From a virus (Duplodnaviria > Caudoviricetes): a stretch of DNA of 64,000 nucleotides. Under the pieces are notes generated by a model. It saw only the letters and a list, made by a program, of their open reading frames with translations, was not told where the DNA came from and searched no databases. Shown here one piece after another: positions 39,826-49,717 of the stretch; position 1 is the stretch's first letter, and each line of letters opens with the position of its first letter. The position numbers and the translations under genes are program-made. The DNA lies in IMG/VR virus record IMGVR_UViG_3300033066_001827, positions 2,469 through 66,468 of that record. One strand, written 5' to 3'.

Positions 39826-40923
39826 ATGGCTCTCAACGAGGTTCTTTACCAGCGACTTATTCAGAAGTTTGGCAGAGACAGGGTAGCGATCAAGAGACCT
39901 GGAGTTATCTACAACCCAACGTGGGTTACTGACCCGATCACAGGTCGCATGCACCGAGACTTCAACGGTAACAACTCGGAAGCTTACCAGCTGTCATGCC
40001 CATTTTGCGGCGATAAGAAAGGTCGCCTCTACGTCAGTTACTACTGGATGCAGTGGGACAACGACTCCTTAAGACACGCTGACGATATGGTCAAGTGTCT
40101 GAATGAGACTCGCTGCATGGACAAACCAGACAATCGCAGCAAACTGTTTCAGTTTCTGTTCGCTGGGTGCAACCCTGGCGATGTCTCCATGCCCATCACC
40201 ATGGCGGAGGCTAAGGAAACAAAGGAAGTCATTCCCACACCTCCAGGGAAGATTATTCCTCTTCGCAACTTAAGTTTGCAGCAATCCATCTGCTACTACC
40301 TGACCAACAGGCGATACGACCTGGGTGTCCTCAACGACAACTATGGCGTGGGTTATGTTGCTTCGGTAGATGCTGGCCACCCTAAAGGGTGTATTGATCG
40401 CATCTACATCCCCATGTTCTTCCACGGCAAACTGGTTGGCTATCAGTGTCGTTTTGTGGGAGATCGGGAATGGACGACTGACGTTCCCAAGTCTATCACC
40501 ATGCCTGGGATGTCTCGCGGCAAGTACATCTACAACTACGATATTGCCAAGCGAAGCAGGGTGCTGGTTCTGGTGGAAGGCCCTACGAGTAATTGGCGAA
40601 TTGGGTTTCGAGCTGGGGCTTTGTGGGGGAACTCCCTCACAGGAACTCAGGCACAACTGATCAACGACACGTGGGGAGAAGATTGCTTGATTGCGGTGAT
40701 GCTGGATGGCAAGGCTGTCATGGAAGCTGCCAAGGTAACCGCCAAGCTTCAAGGAAATTGTCACGCAAAAGTTGTACGTGTTCAGCTGCCGTCCAGTGCT
40801 GATCCTGATACTTATGGTGACACGGCTTCCTGGCAATTAATTGATAGAGCTTGCGCAGAGCGGGGCTTGCGTTTAAGCGATTATCTGGAAGGAGAGAATC
40901 ATGCAGCCACTCATGTTGGCTAG
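39826..40923 (+). CDS. DNA primase (Zn finger + TOPRIM)
   Basis: CPFCGD, RIYIPMFFHGKLVGYQCR, LVEG, MLDG, DPD. Confidence 0.88.
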   Translation: MALNEVLYQRLIQKFGRDRVAIKRPGVIYNPTWVTDPITGRMHRDFNGNNSEAYQLSCPFCGDKKGRLYVSYYWMQWDNDSLRHADDMVKCLNETRCMDKPDNRSKLFQFLFAGCNPGDVSMPITMAEAKETKEVIPTPPGKIIPLRNLSLQQSICYYLTNRRYDLGVLNDNYGVGYVASVDAGHPKGCIDRIYIPMFFHGKLVGYQCRFVGDREWTTDVPKSITMPGMSRGKYIYNYDIAKRSRVLVLVEGPTSNWRIGFRAGALWGNSLTGTQAQLINDTWGEDCLIAVMLDGKAVMEAAKVTAKLQGNCHAKVVRVQLPSSADPDTYGDTASWQLIDRACAERGLRLSDYLEGENHAATHVG

Positions 40924-43900
40924 CCAACCGTGGATTGTCCCCGAGTTTTATACAGGGGAAAAGAATCCTTTCTTCGAGGCTGCTGTTCGAAGTGCCGCTG
41001 CTGCTCAACAAATAGAGCTGCCGCCGGATGAAGTGGGGCCTAAGCCCAAGAAGAAGAAAGGGGAAGTGGTTCAGCCGGTTGTTGAAGATCCTCGTATTGC
41101 GGACATCCGCCGACAGCTTTATGGCTTTGCCTTGTATCACACGCAGTTCTCCATGCCTGTGACCTGCAAAGGCAGCCCGTTTTCTGCCAGGTTTGTTCCT
41201 GGGCATTTGTGGGGCGGATCGATCGCAGGCCCTCAGCCGGCTAAAGTCATGGTGGTCAGCAAGATGCCAGGCCGGGAAGAGGTCAACAAGGGCAGAAGCT
41301 TTATCGGGGCAGCTGGTGCCCTGCTACGGGATCAGTTGTCTTTGATGAATGTGGATACCAGCCAATGGTATGTCACTCAGCTGATTAAGTTTGCAGCGCC
41401 AGAGACCTTCCAAGGTGCCATCCCGGCGGCTTGGATTGAGATGTGTCTCCCCTTGTTAAAGATGGAAATGGCGATTGTCCAACCGGACTTCATCTTGTGC
41501 CTGGGCAGCGAGGCCTCCAAGGCTTTGCTGGAAATCACTGTTGATCGTGCCTACGGCCTTTCTTTTGACCTCAGCTACAATCTGGACGCTGTTGGTATCC
41601 AACAAAAGACCGCTAAAGCTGTCGTCAGCATCAATCCAGCTGCTATCGTCCGCAAGGCTGATCGTATCAATCAGTTGCAAGTCTCTCTCAGACAGTTCAG
41701 AGACCTGACACAAGGGCAGGCTCCTAACCTGGTGGAAGAAGGACTTAACCACTTCCTGGTCAACACACAGGAAGAGCTTCGGGCTCTTGTAGCTTCGGTC
41801 AAAGTAAGTAAGCCAAAAATGCTGTCTGTCGATGCTGAATGGTTTGGCAGACGGAGAGAAGAGCCTGGTGCGTATTTGCGGTGCTTTCAGTTCAGCTGGG
41901 CACACAAACACGCTGCTGTAGTAGCTCTGACAGACGAAACAGGTAAGCCTTCGTTCCAAGGCGATCCCTGGCTCGAGTTTGCTGAGTTGTTCAAAGCTGA
42001 TCCTAGTGGCGAGTACACCGTTCCCAGGTTAGTTGGCCATAACACCAAGGCTGACGTTCTGTGGTTGAAAGACCCGCTCAAACCTTACGGGGTGGACTTG
42101 GAGGAGCTTATGCTGCCTCTACAGTCTGGAGATATTGCAGGGCCTGCTGACACCCGTTGGGCAGGCGGCTTTGACACGATGCTGGCCATGCACAGCATTA
42201 AGGAAACCGGCCCTTACGAGTTGGAATCCTTAGCTGTGCTGATGTTGGGTGTTCCCCGTTACGATCGAGGCGTGCAGGAACAACTCGACAAAGGTGTGCC
42301 ACACGGTAAGCAGCCAGGTGCGATTCTCTACCCCTACGGTGCTTATGATGCGGACGTGACTTGGCGACTGGCGAATCTGTTCAATGGCGAATGGAACGGC
42401 CCGAATCCGCACGACTGTGTAAAGCCTGGCCTATTGGACGCCGATCCTCAGTTCGGGCTCAATGGTCGCACTCACTTCTTTATCAAGATGCTTGCCTCAC
42501 CTTCTTTCATGGAAATGGAAGAAACCGGTATCGTATTCGACACCGTAGGCTGCCGGGAAATGCGTAAAGATTTCCTGGAGACGAAAGCTGCAGTGCTTTT
42601 GGACCTCCAGACTGAGATCAAGTGGCCGAACTTTAACCCCAACAGCTTGCAACAAAAGCGGGAGTTGTTGTTCGGCGAAGCTATGAATGGCAAGAAGGTA
42701 GCAGAAGGCCAGTCGCCACGCATTCGACCTGAAGAGGCTATCACACTGGGTCTTACTCCACTCAAGACCACAGGCAAGCCTCCAAAGACCTGGACTCGTG
42801 TAGTAATGGATGGCCAGACACACTTGTACACTCCATCCATGGCCAAGGACACTCTTGGCGTCTATGCCCACACCAACAAGACAGTGGGCAAGATCATGGA
42901 TTTGTCGTTTCTCGGCCAAGCTCTCAACACGGCTTTGCGAGACGCCTCTGAGCAGTCTCTACTAGGGCTAGCTGCAGCTCCGACTGCTGCTGAGGCTCTG
43001 GAAGATGATGAGGCTGAAGAAAGCGACTACAAGCAGAAGGGGTTCATGGACTTTGTCTGCGCTGACATGGCCATTCGCCCTATCTTCTTCCAGACCAAGG
43101 AAACCGGTAGAGCGAGTGCTGCGCGCCCCAACCTTATGGCTGCAGCCAAGCGACGCGACAAAGACTACAAGCGATTGCTCAAGGAGAAGTTCCGACCTCT
43201 CCGCTCCATGTTCATGGCTCGACCAGGTAAGCTGTTAGTCGAGGCTGATTTCATCGGTGCCGAGCTGGCTGTTATGGCCTGGCTGTGCGGTAGTAAGTTG
43301 ATGATGGAGCATGTTCGCCGTAGCGGTCTACCTGAGAATCATCCTGATTATTTCGACATCCACAGCAGTTTTGCAGTCGAGATCTTCCGGTTGAATCTTC
43401 CTCCCAAGAAGAGCGAGCTGCAGAAAGCTGGCAAGGGTCCTTATCGAGACGCAGTCAAAACGATTGTGTTTGGTATCCCCTACGGTCGAGGCCTCGAAGC
43501 TGTCATCATGGCGGTGAAAGAGGAAAGCGGTATCGAGCTTAGCCTGGCGGAAGCTACGGCTATTCGCGAGAGTATTTTCCAGCGTTATCCAGAACTGACT
43601 ATGTTTCTGGAAAGCTCCAAAATACGAGCTATTCGTCCAGGCTGGCTGCGTGAGCCTAATGGCGGTATTCGTCGTTTCCAAGTCATGGAAGATGACAACA
43701 AGTCAGTGGAAGATGCTAAACGTGAAGCCTGTAATTGCAGGATTCAGGGTTGTGTTGCTTCGGTCATGTCTAAAGGCCTTTACTACCTCAGAGCCTACCG
43801 TCGCAGCATTGCTCAGCACATGGACTATCGTCTGGTTAACACTATTCACGATGCGGCTATCTCCGAAGTCGCAGCCAAGGATGTGCCAGAGTACGTCGAC

Positions 43901-44101
43901 AAGGTATTGCCGATCTGTTTGTCCCACGCTGTGGCCTTTAAGCCGGTGGACGACGAGGGTCGCCTGATTAACGACATGGAGTGCAAGTTCGACTTGGACA
44001 TTCATGTCTACGAGAAATGGGGCCAGGATTTGTCCCATGCTGATTGTGATCGTTTAGGGCTAGACCGCAGGTTTGGTAAAGCTCCTAAGAAAGCAGCTTA
44101 G
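40901..44101 (+). CDS. polA: Family A DNA polymerase with an N-terminal UDG-like domain and 3'-5' exonuclease
   Basis: UDG4-like SKMPG..E...GRSFIGAAG; Exo DAE, GHNTKAD, YGAYDAD; Pol motifs ADFIGAEL, RDAVKTIVFGIPYG, IHDA. Confidence 0.95.
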   Translation: MQPLMLASQPWIVPEFYTGEKNPFFEAAVRSAAAAQQIELPPDEVGPKPKKKKGEVVQPVVEDPRIADIRRQLYGFALYHTQFSMPVTCKGSPFSARFVPGHLWGGSIAGPQPAKVMVVSKMPGREEVNKGRSFIGAAGALLRDQLSLMNVDTSQWYVTQLIKFAAPETFQGAIPAAWIEMCLPLLKMEMAIVQPDFILCLGSEASKALLEITVDRAYGLSFDLSYNLDAVGIQQKTAKAVVSINPAAIVRKADRINQLQVSLRQFRDLTQGQAPNLVEEGLNHFLVNTQEELRALVASVKVSKPKMLSVDAEWFGRRREEPGAYLRCFQFSWAHKHAAVVALTDETGKPSFQGDPWLEFAELFKADPSGEYTVPRLVGHNTKADVLWLKDPLKPYGVDLEELMLPLQSGDIAGPADTRWAGGFDTMLAMHSIKETGPYELESLAVLMLGVPRYDRGVQEQLDKGVPHGKQPGAILYPYGAYDADVTWRLANLFNGEWNGPNPHDCVKPGLLDADPQFGLNGRTHFFIKMLASPSFMEMEETGIVFDTVGCREMRKDFLETKAAVLLDLQTEIKWPNFNPNSLQQKRELLFGEAMNGKKVAEGQSPRIRPEEAITLGLTPLKTTGKPPKTWTRVVMDGQTHLYTPSMAKDTLGVYAHTNKTVGKIMDLSFLGQALNTALRDASEQSLLGLAAAPTAAEALEDDEAEESDYKQKGFMDFVCADMAIRPIFFQTKETGRASAARPNLMAAAKRRDKDYKRLLKEKFRPLRSMFMARPGKLLVEADFIGAELAVMAWLCGSKLMMEHVRRSGLPENHPDYFDIHSSFAVEIFRLNLPPKKSELQKAGKGPYRDAVKTIVFGIPYGRGLEAVIMAVKEESGIELSLAEATAIRESIFQRYPELTMFLESSKIRAIRPGWLREPNGGIRRFQVMEDDNKSVEDAKREACNCRIQGCVASVMSKGLYYLRAYRRSIAQHMDYRLVNTIHDAAISEVAAKDVPEYVDKVLPICLSHAVAFKPVDDEGRLINDMECKFDLDIHVYEKWGQDLSHADCDRLGLDRRFGKAPKKAA

Positions 44102-44106
44102 TTCGA

Positions 44107-44136
44107 GGTCCGGTCAATTGACCGGACCCTTTTTAT
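44107..44136 (+). terminator. Terminator-like perfect palindrome after polA
   Basis: GGTCCGGTCAATTGACCGGACC followed by CTTTTTAT. Confidence 0.7.
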
Positions 44137-44150
44137 CCGAAGGAGTCTGT

Positions 44151-45998
44151 ATGTCTGCTACTGCTGGGTTTGATCAGTTTTTCACACACGAAGCCGATGT
44201 TGGTGCCAATCAAGGTGGATTCGCAAGCAAGGGCGATCTTATCCTCGACCCTGCGTACAACGCGACTTACTACACCCCCACGTGGGACGGCAAGGTCACC
44301 ATCGTTCGTATCCTGCCGTTCTTCACTGACCGGCCGGAGGGACGACTGGAGGTTCCATATCGCGGTGGCCCAGGGTACACCAAGTTCTCGAACTGGATTC
44401 GTACCTACCCGGCTTTTCGCTCCATCGGGCAAAAGAGCAAGGCCACAATCCTGCTCAACGACCCGTACGCTGTCCCGATCTGGGATCAAAACTCTAACCC
44501 TGTTTGCATCTTCGTGCGCGAGATTCGCAACGCTATCGCGCACGCCAAGAAGGCCAATCTGATGCTGCCACCAGGGCGTCGGATGCCAAATGGCGCAACT
44601 CAAATGCCTCCGTACTGGATCAGCATGATTGAAGGATCTGCTGGCAAGGGTGCTGATATCCCCAACATCAGCTCGGTCGCTTTGTTTGAGTGTCTGATTT
44701 ATCAGCACACGAGCAAGAAAGACGGGATTGGTGGGCTGCCTATCGGTCTGCGACCTGATGATGGTCCTATCGTGTTTGAGCTCTCTGGCCCCACCTGGCT
44801 GCAGTCGCTCAAGCCGCTCATCGACGAGGTAAATCCTGCCTACCAGGCAACCACGCTGGATACCTACAACTTTGAGCACGCCTACATCAATGGCGATCCG
44901 ATTTCGTTGTCGCATGGTCGTTTCCTTCACATCTTCCGGGAAGGAGAAGACCCACGACAAGGGGCATCTGCAGCTGCTGCTGTCAGTCCTACCGCCATGT
45001 ACTCACAAGGTGGTCAGCAACAGCAGACACAGGGTTTCCAGAAGAAGGGCTATGGCTGCTTCTTCACTCGCACTCTGCCTGGCTATCCTGTGGACAACAG
45101 CAACATGGTAGCCAAGCTGTCGTGGCCAGAAACTCCCGATGCCGCTTGGGTGGAAAACACGATCAAGAATCGCTGGGTTCCTCTCGACAAGCTCATTCGC
45201 GTGCCGACACCCGAAGAGCAGGCTCGCGTGCTGCAGAATCTGTTCCCAGCCGAAATGCTCATGTATGCCTGGGAAGGCTGTCCTCAGTTCATCACTCCTG
45301 AACTGCGAGCTGCCGCCGCTGCTGTGGATCTCAGTGCTGCTGTTCATCAGCCGAACAACACAGTGCCCACAGTCACGCCGATGACTACACCTCCGTCATT
45401 CAGCAACCCAGCGGTGCCCACTCCTCCTGCAGCTGCACCCTGGCCAGTCCAAGGGGCACCCGCAGGGCAGTTCGCTATGCCTACTGCTATGCCTCCCACA
45501 ATGCCTACGGCCTTGCCTCCCACAGCACCCGCAGCTCATCCTGTGGCATTACCTCCTACTATGCCAACCGCGATGCAGCCAGCAGCTCCGGCGGCAGCGG
45601 CACCTGCGATGTTTACCACACCTCCGATGGTACATCCGGTCACCACGCCTTCGACGACTCAACCGCCGGCAGTGGACCCTGCAGCAGCAGCGGCACAGCA
45701 TGCTGCCTCTGACTTCGGGGTCGCTGCCCCAGCTCCGGCTCCTGTAATGCCAACGGCTCCGATGATGCCGACGGCTCCAGCAATGCCGACAGCTCCGGTA
45801 ATGCCCACAGCTCCTGCTATGGTAATGCCGACTGCCCCTGCGGTGCCTGTCTATCAACCAGGACAGCCCACAGGATTGCCAGCAGCCCCGGGAGCAGTAG
45901 CTCCAGCGCAGCCGGCTGCCCTGCCTCAACCTCCAGGCCTCAGTAATCTGGCCCACCTGCAGAACCTGGCTCAGCAACCCAAGCCGCCAGGCACTTAA
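44151..45998 (+). CDS. gp32-like single-stranded DNA-binding protein with a long Pro/Ala/Met/Thr tail
   Basis: TIVRILPF motif; position between polA and recA-like; AAGGAG RBS before 44151. Confidence 0.6.
   Translation: MSATAGFDQFFTHEADVGANQGGFASKGDLILDPAYNATYYTPTWDGKVTIVRILPFFTDRPEGRLEVPYRGGPGYTKFSNWIRTYPAFRSIGQKSKATILLNDPYAVPIWDQNSNPVCIFVREIRNAIAHAKKANLMLPPGRRMPNGATQMPPYWISMIEGSAGKGADIPNISSVALFECLIYQHTSKKDGIGGLPIGLRPDDGPIVFELSGPTWLQSLKPLIDEVNPAYQATTLDTYNFEHAYINGDPISLSHGRFLHIFREGEDPRQGASAAAAVSPTAMYSQGGQQQQTQGFQKKGYGCFFTRTLPGYPVDNSNMVAKLSWPETPDAAWVENTIKNRWVPLDKLIRVPTPEEQARVLQNLFPAEMLMYAWEGCPQFITPELRAAAAAVDLSAAVHQPNNTVPTVTPMTTPPSFSNPAVPTPPAAAPWPVQGAPAGQFAMPTAMPPTMPTALPPTAPAAHPVALPPTMPTAMQPAAPAAAAPAMFTTPPMVHPVTTPSTTQPPAVDPAAAAAQHAASDFGVAAPAPAPVMPTAPMMPTAPAMPTAPVMPTAPAMVMPTAPAVPVYQPGQPTGLPAAPGAVAPAQPAALPQPPGLSNLAHLQNLAQQPKPPGT
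45745..45845 (+). repeat. Coding tandem repeat (MPTAP-x) in the SSB tail
   Basis: Five MPTAP units, about 18-nt period with synonymous variation. Confidence 0.8.
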
Positions 45999-46022
45999 TC
46001 CTGTTGGTGGCTAGTTAGTTTC

Positions 46023-46052
46023 AGCCCGGTCACACGTGGCCGGGCTTTCTTT
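46023..46052 (+). terminator. Rho-independent terminator
   Basis: AGCCCGGTCAC/GTGGCCGGGCT stem plus TTCTTT. Confidence 0.7.
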
Positions 46053-46062
46053 GGAGGTTAGC

Positions 46063-47304
46063 ATGGCTCGTAAAGCAAAAGCAGCACCGACGTTCGGCCT
46101 GGCAGAACTGGATGCAGCTATGGATGGCGTTGTCAGTCAATCGATCATGGAACACGGCTCTCGCACAATTGCCGCTGATTTCAGCAACCACACCCTGGTC
46201 ATTCCCGTCCCCAACCTGTGTTGGGAATACCTGTTGGGTATCAATGGTTATCCATTGAGTCGCAGTACAGTCCTGGCTGCTGAAAATCACGTCGGCAAGA
46301 CGGCGATGATCGCAGAAATGACCTACTGGCACAGACGCATGGCTGGCCGAGGTGTTGTTGGCTGTACGGAGGGCGATAAGGATTCTCCTGTCCTGCGTCA
46401 GAGCATCATGAAGTACGACACCAAAGCTTTGGTCTACCAGCCCAAGACTACGCTGGAGGCCTGGCAGTCTTACTTGTGGTTCAACGCCAAGAACGTCATC
46501 AACCATTTTGCCAAGCATCCTGAGCACACTGTCCCCTTCCTCACTGGGGTGGACTCTATGGTCGGGGTGTTGTGCAGGTCAAAGGTGGAGGAGATGAAGC
46601 GGACAGGCCACGCCAAAGCCGACTTCGCTACCGAAGCCAAACTGATCGGTGACTGGATCAAGACTTACTCTTCGGAGATGCTTGCAGGCCAGCCTCTCAG
46701 CTTTGTTGGAACGTCTCACATCTATCTTGAGAACTCCAGCATGCAGGGAATGCCGCCCAAGATTGTAGTGTCTGGTGGGCGAAAGATCCTCTACATGTCT
46801 GCCATCACGATCCTGATGCGATATGTGAGAAAGCTGGACTCGGTCACGCGCAAGGGCCAGTTGATTAACTTCTCTCTCCTCAAGAACACTCTTTCTGGCA
46901 CACGGCACTTCGCCAAGTTCGATGCAGCCATGTACTGGGAGATGGACCCTGTCACTGGGAGACAAAACACCTGGTGGGATTGGGATGAGGCCACTGTCTG
47001 GCTGTTAGCCGACAGAGAGATGTTCCCCGCCCGTGGGGAAGTAGGCAAAGAGCTTGTCGCTGTGTGCAACATTCAAGGTGGCACCAACAACAAGTACTAC
47101 TGTGCGCAGCTTGGTGTCCCCGAGGCTAAGGCTCTACCTGCTTCCGAGCTGGGTGCTCTGCTTGCTACCAACGAGCCCATCAAGCAGGCCATCCGCAAAG
47201 TCTTGAAGATTCATTGTCACCCACAGTTCCAAAGCTTCGTGCAGTATGCACCTCAAGCGCTGGAAGTTGAGAAGGTGGGGCCAGAGGAAGTCGGTAATGA
47301 CTGA
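46063..47304 (+). CDS. RecA/UvsX-like recombinase
   Basis: GYPLSRSTVLAAENHVGKT, GVDSM, SGGRKILYMSA, LLKN; GGAGG RBS. Confidence 0.82.
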   Translation: MARKAKAAPTFGLAELDAAMDGVVSQSIMEHGSRTIAADFSNHTLVIPVPNLCWEYLLGINGYPLSRSTVLAAENHVGKTAMIAEMTYWHRRMAGRGVVGCTEGDKDSPVLRQSIMKYDTKALVYQPKTTLEAWQSYLWFNAKNVINHFAKHPEHTVPFLTGVDSMVGVLCRSKVEEMKRTGHAKADFATEAKLIGDWIKTYSSEMLAGQPLSFVGTSHIYLENSSMQGMPPKIVVSGGRKILYMSAITILMRYVRKLDSVTRKGQLINFSLLKNTLSGTRHFAKFDAAMYWEMDPVTGRQNTWWDWDEATVWLLADREMFPARGEVGKELVAVCNIQGGTNNKYYCAQLGVPEAKALPASELGALLATNEPIKQAIRKVLKIHCHPQFQSFVQYAPQALEVEKVGPEEVGND

Positions 47305-47812
47305 TAGCCCTCTTGATAACATGGAGCTTGGCGACGAGTTCTTACGGGGAGAAGCGTCTGAGCAAATCGCCAAGCTCTATGCTAATTCTGTGCTGGAGCT
47401 TATCTTGCAGCACTTCAATGTGCCCAAGAAAGCCGCTTATCGCTGGTGCCAGCAACGGTTCGGCAAGCCTGACTTACACGAGGCTTGCCTGCCGGAGTTA
47501 GTACCCAGTCTTCGTCATCGCTTTGTAGTGTGTAACATCAAGTTTCACTTAAAGCGGTTGTCATCTTTGACGTTTGAGGCTGTGCGTACCTCGGCTATCG
47601 GTGAAACGGTGGCGATGTACGAGGCAGACGACTCAGGAGTGTGGCTGGTCACCAACCTGCCTTTTCTCTCTGGACCGTGTGTCGTGGGTAAACGAAGTTT
47701 TCCCCTCACAACTTCGTTCACAGGTTACGTTGTGGCCAATCAGGAAGATGAATCATGCTACGTCATTTCTCCCCTCCGCCACTTCTTAACCAGCAGCTAC
47801 TTGAAGGAGTGA
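47297..47812 (+). CDS. Hypothetical protein
   Basis: ATG overlapping the end of the recA-like gene. Confidence 0.55.
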   Translation: MTDSPLDNMELGDEFLRGEASEQIAKLYANSVLELILQHFNVPKKAAYRWCQQRFGKPDLHEACLPELVPSLRHRFVVCNIKFHLKRLSSLTFEAVRTSAIGETVAMYEADDSGVWLVTNLPFLSGPCVVGKRSFPLTTSFTGYVVANQEDESCYVISPLRHFLTSSYLKE

Positions 47813-48408
47813 TTCAGGAAGAAGCCGGTTACGAGTTGATTAAGTTCGATTCGGTGTCGCAACTGGCTCTTCGTAATCCTCGCTCTATGGCAGGCAAGCT
47901 GCATTGGCCTGACGCCACGTTGCTCGCGTTAGCTGGCCTTGTTATGCCTCCTCTTCCAAGGCTCTTCGCTAGGTTGCCGCTGGATAACTTCATTACTTGC
48001 TTGGATGCCTGTATCCAAGCAATAAATCCTCGAAGCCTACACCGTGGGAAGATCTCCGCGGTGGTCTGTGACGGGCAGGTTAAAGGTTTAGCCGGGTTCC
48101 GGGCACTTCAAGTAAAACCCAGTTCTCTGTTAAAACTATTGCTTGCTCAACCAGAAGGCGTTACAGATATAAGTTACCTCGAGCGCACCCTGGAAGTGCA
48201 GTTCGCTTCTACCAACGAGAACAACCTTAACGCTGTTGCCCTTCGTGTGGATATCAGTCGTGGTTGGACTTTGGAGCGAGCTATCGGCAAGTTTCCTCAC
48301 TTATACGGTGAACCGAAATTAGGTCGATTTGCGAGGTATGTTGTGGATGACCTTGCTTCAGCGTTGTTTAAGATTCATACGATGTTGGAGATAGGGATTA
48401 TCCGCTAA
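47809..48408 (+). CDS. Hypothetical protein
   Basis: GTGA overlap with the upstream stop. Confidence 0.55.
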   Translation: MIQEEAGYELIKFDSVSQLALRNPRSMAGKLHWPDATLLALAGLVMPPLPRLFARLPLDNFITCLDACIQAINPRSLHRGKISAVVCDGQVKGLAGFRALQVKPSSLLKLLLAQPEGVTDISYLERTLEVQFASTNENNLNAVALRVDISRGWTLERAIGKFPHLYGEPKLGRFARYVVDDLASALFKIHTMLEIGIIR

Positions 48409-48427
48409 CGCCATATGGAGGCTTCTC

Positions 48428-49201
48428 ATGGCGAAATCCAGGACACCGGAAGTTGTGGAAGAGACTCTACCTGAAACAGAGCCTGAATCCACAGAGCCAG
48501 AAGAGAAGGAAGAGCCAGAGAATAAGCAGGAAGTAGCGATCGATGCACTCTGCAAGGAGATCGAGCAGAAGCTGTCTCAGGCTGATGTCTCCGAGCTAGA
48601 TGTGTTGCACGAAGTTGGCACTGACATCATCAATGTGCGCGGTGAAGCGCTGTATGGCCCTAACATCACTAAAGAAGTGGCCAGTCGACTTAACACCTAC
48701 CGACAAAAGATCCAATTTTCTGTTCGATTAGCCGAGTCTTTCGACGAGGCTGGTCTAGATGAACTTCGTTCCATGCGAACGAAGGAAGACAAGGTCTATG
48801 TCTGGTCTGCTACACATGTTCGCTTTCTGCTTCGGGTTAAAAACACCTCGGAAAGAATGGCATTGGCCAAGGAGTGTGCCACGAATGACTGGACCTGCCG
48901 CAAGCTGCAGGTCGAAGTGCAACCTTCCTCTTCAGCGACCAAAGCCACTAAAGGTCCTGGTGCGGATTTAACCAGTTCCGCCAAATCCCTTCTGCAGTTC
49001 TTCCAGCAGTGGTCGGATTTTGTTAACCAGCAAAGTTCTCCCGGCACTAACTTGCGGGATAAAGTGCAAGCTCTTGGGGAGGCTAAGCTGACAGAGAAGC
49101 AGCGAAGCCTTATCAGCAGCGTTGCTTCCCTGGCTGTCCCGTTCGCAGAGAAAGTTGTTCAAATGAACGACTATATCTCTGCTATCAAGCTCCCCTCGTA
49201 G
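48428..49201 (+). CDS. DUF1016 N-terminal (YhcG-N)-like helical DNA-binding protein
   Basis: HEVGTDI...YGPNITKEVA...WSATHVRFLLRV...ER......WTCRKL pattern. Confidence 0.55.
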   Translation: MAKSRTPEVVEETLPETEPESTEPEEKEEPENKQEVAIDALCKEIEQKLSQADVSELDVLHEVGTDIINVRGEALYGPNITKEVASRLNTYRQKIQFSVRLAESFDEAGLDELRSMRTKEDKVYVWSATHVRFLLRVKNTSERMALAKECATNDWTCRKLQVEVQPSSSATKATKGPGADLTSSAKSLLQFFQQWSDFVNQQSSPGTNLRDKVQALGEAKLTEKQRSLISSVASLAVPFAEKVVQMNDYISAIKLPS

Positions 49202-49213
49202 GCCTAGAGACGC

Positions 49214-49717
49214 ATGTCAGAACCATCCCCACACACTATCGTGTTGGTGTTTGATAACCCAGAGGCTACCGCGACATTACGACAGGTGATTGTCACGCAC
49301 GAGTCTCTGGATGTTCATGCCGCTTACGTCAGCGACATCAAGCCACCTCAGCAGTTGTCGCCCATCGTCAGCAAACAGATGGTGGCGACTAAGTTGGGGC
49401 GACGAGCAAAAGCGGCAGAGTCACTGCTGGCCAAACTTGCCGAGAGGTTTGGTCACGGTGGCCCAGTGGCGTTCACTACCGAGGAGGTTGCATCATTCTT
49501 GGCGGAAGCAGCAGAAGAAGCTCCTGCCCCAATCGTACTTGATCTACAGCCACCAGTTGGCCCGGTCGGAGGCTTTGTTTATGAAGACCCACTATCGGTC
49601 GCAGAAGCCAGTGAAGCTTCCGCTCCCGATACTGTCTCTGCAGTTAGTGAGGGAAAATCAGATTTCAGCGGAGCGATTACTCTCGCTGTGGTTAGCGGAG
49701 AGGAAGACGCGGCCTGA
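49214..49717 (+). CDS. Hypothetical protein
   Basis: 167 aa with an acidic C-terminus. Confidence 0.55.
   Translation: MSEPSPHTIVLVFDNPEATATLRQVIVTHESLDVHAAYVSDIKPPQQLSPIVSKQMVATKLGRRAKAAESLLAKLAERFGHGGPVAFTTEEVASFLAEAAEEAPAPIVLDLQPPVGPVGGFVYEDPLSVAEASEASAPDTVSAVSEGKSDFSGAITLAVVSGEEDAA

Noticed and set aside
40901-44101. Intein or intron in polA
   Set aside because: Insertions exist (e.g. the acidic EDDEAEE segment) but no C-terminal HN-[CST] or LAGLIDADG motifs were seen
44133-44960. Long antisense ORFs (e.g. 44133-44960, 20564-21169, 40270-40836, 60538-61092)
   Set aside because: They shadow well-supported genes on the other strand and show no recognisable motifs
49290-49717. Dual-coding overlap or programmed frameshift between ORFs 49214 and 49290
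   Set aside because: No slippery site identified; more likely an over-extended ORF call with a later start
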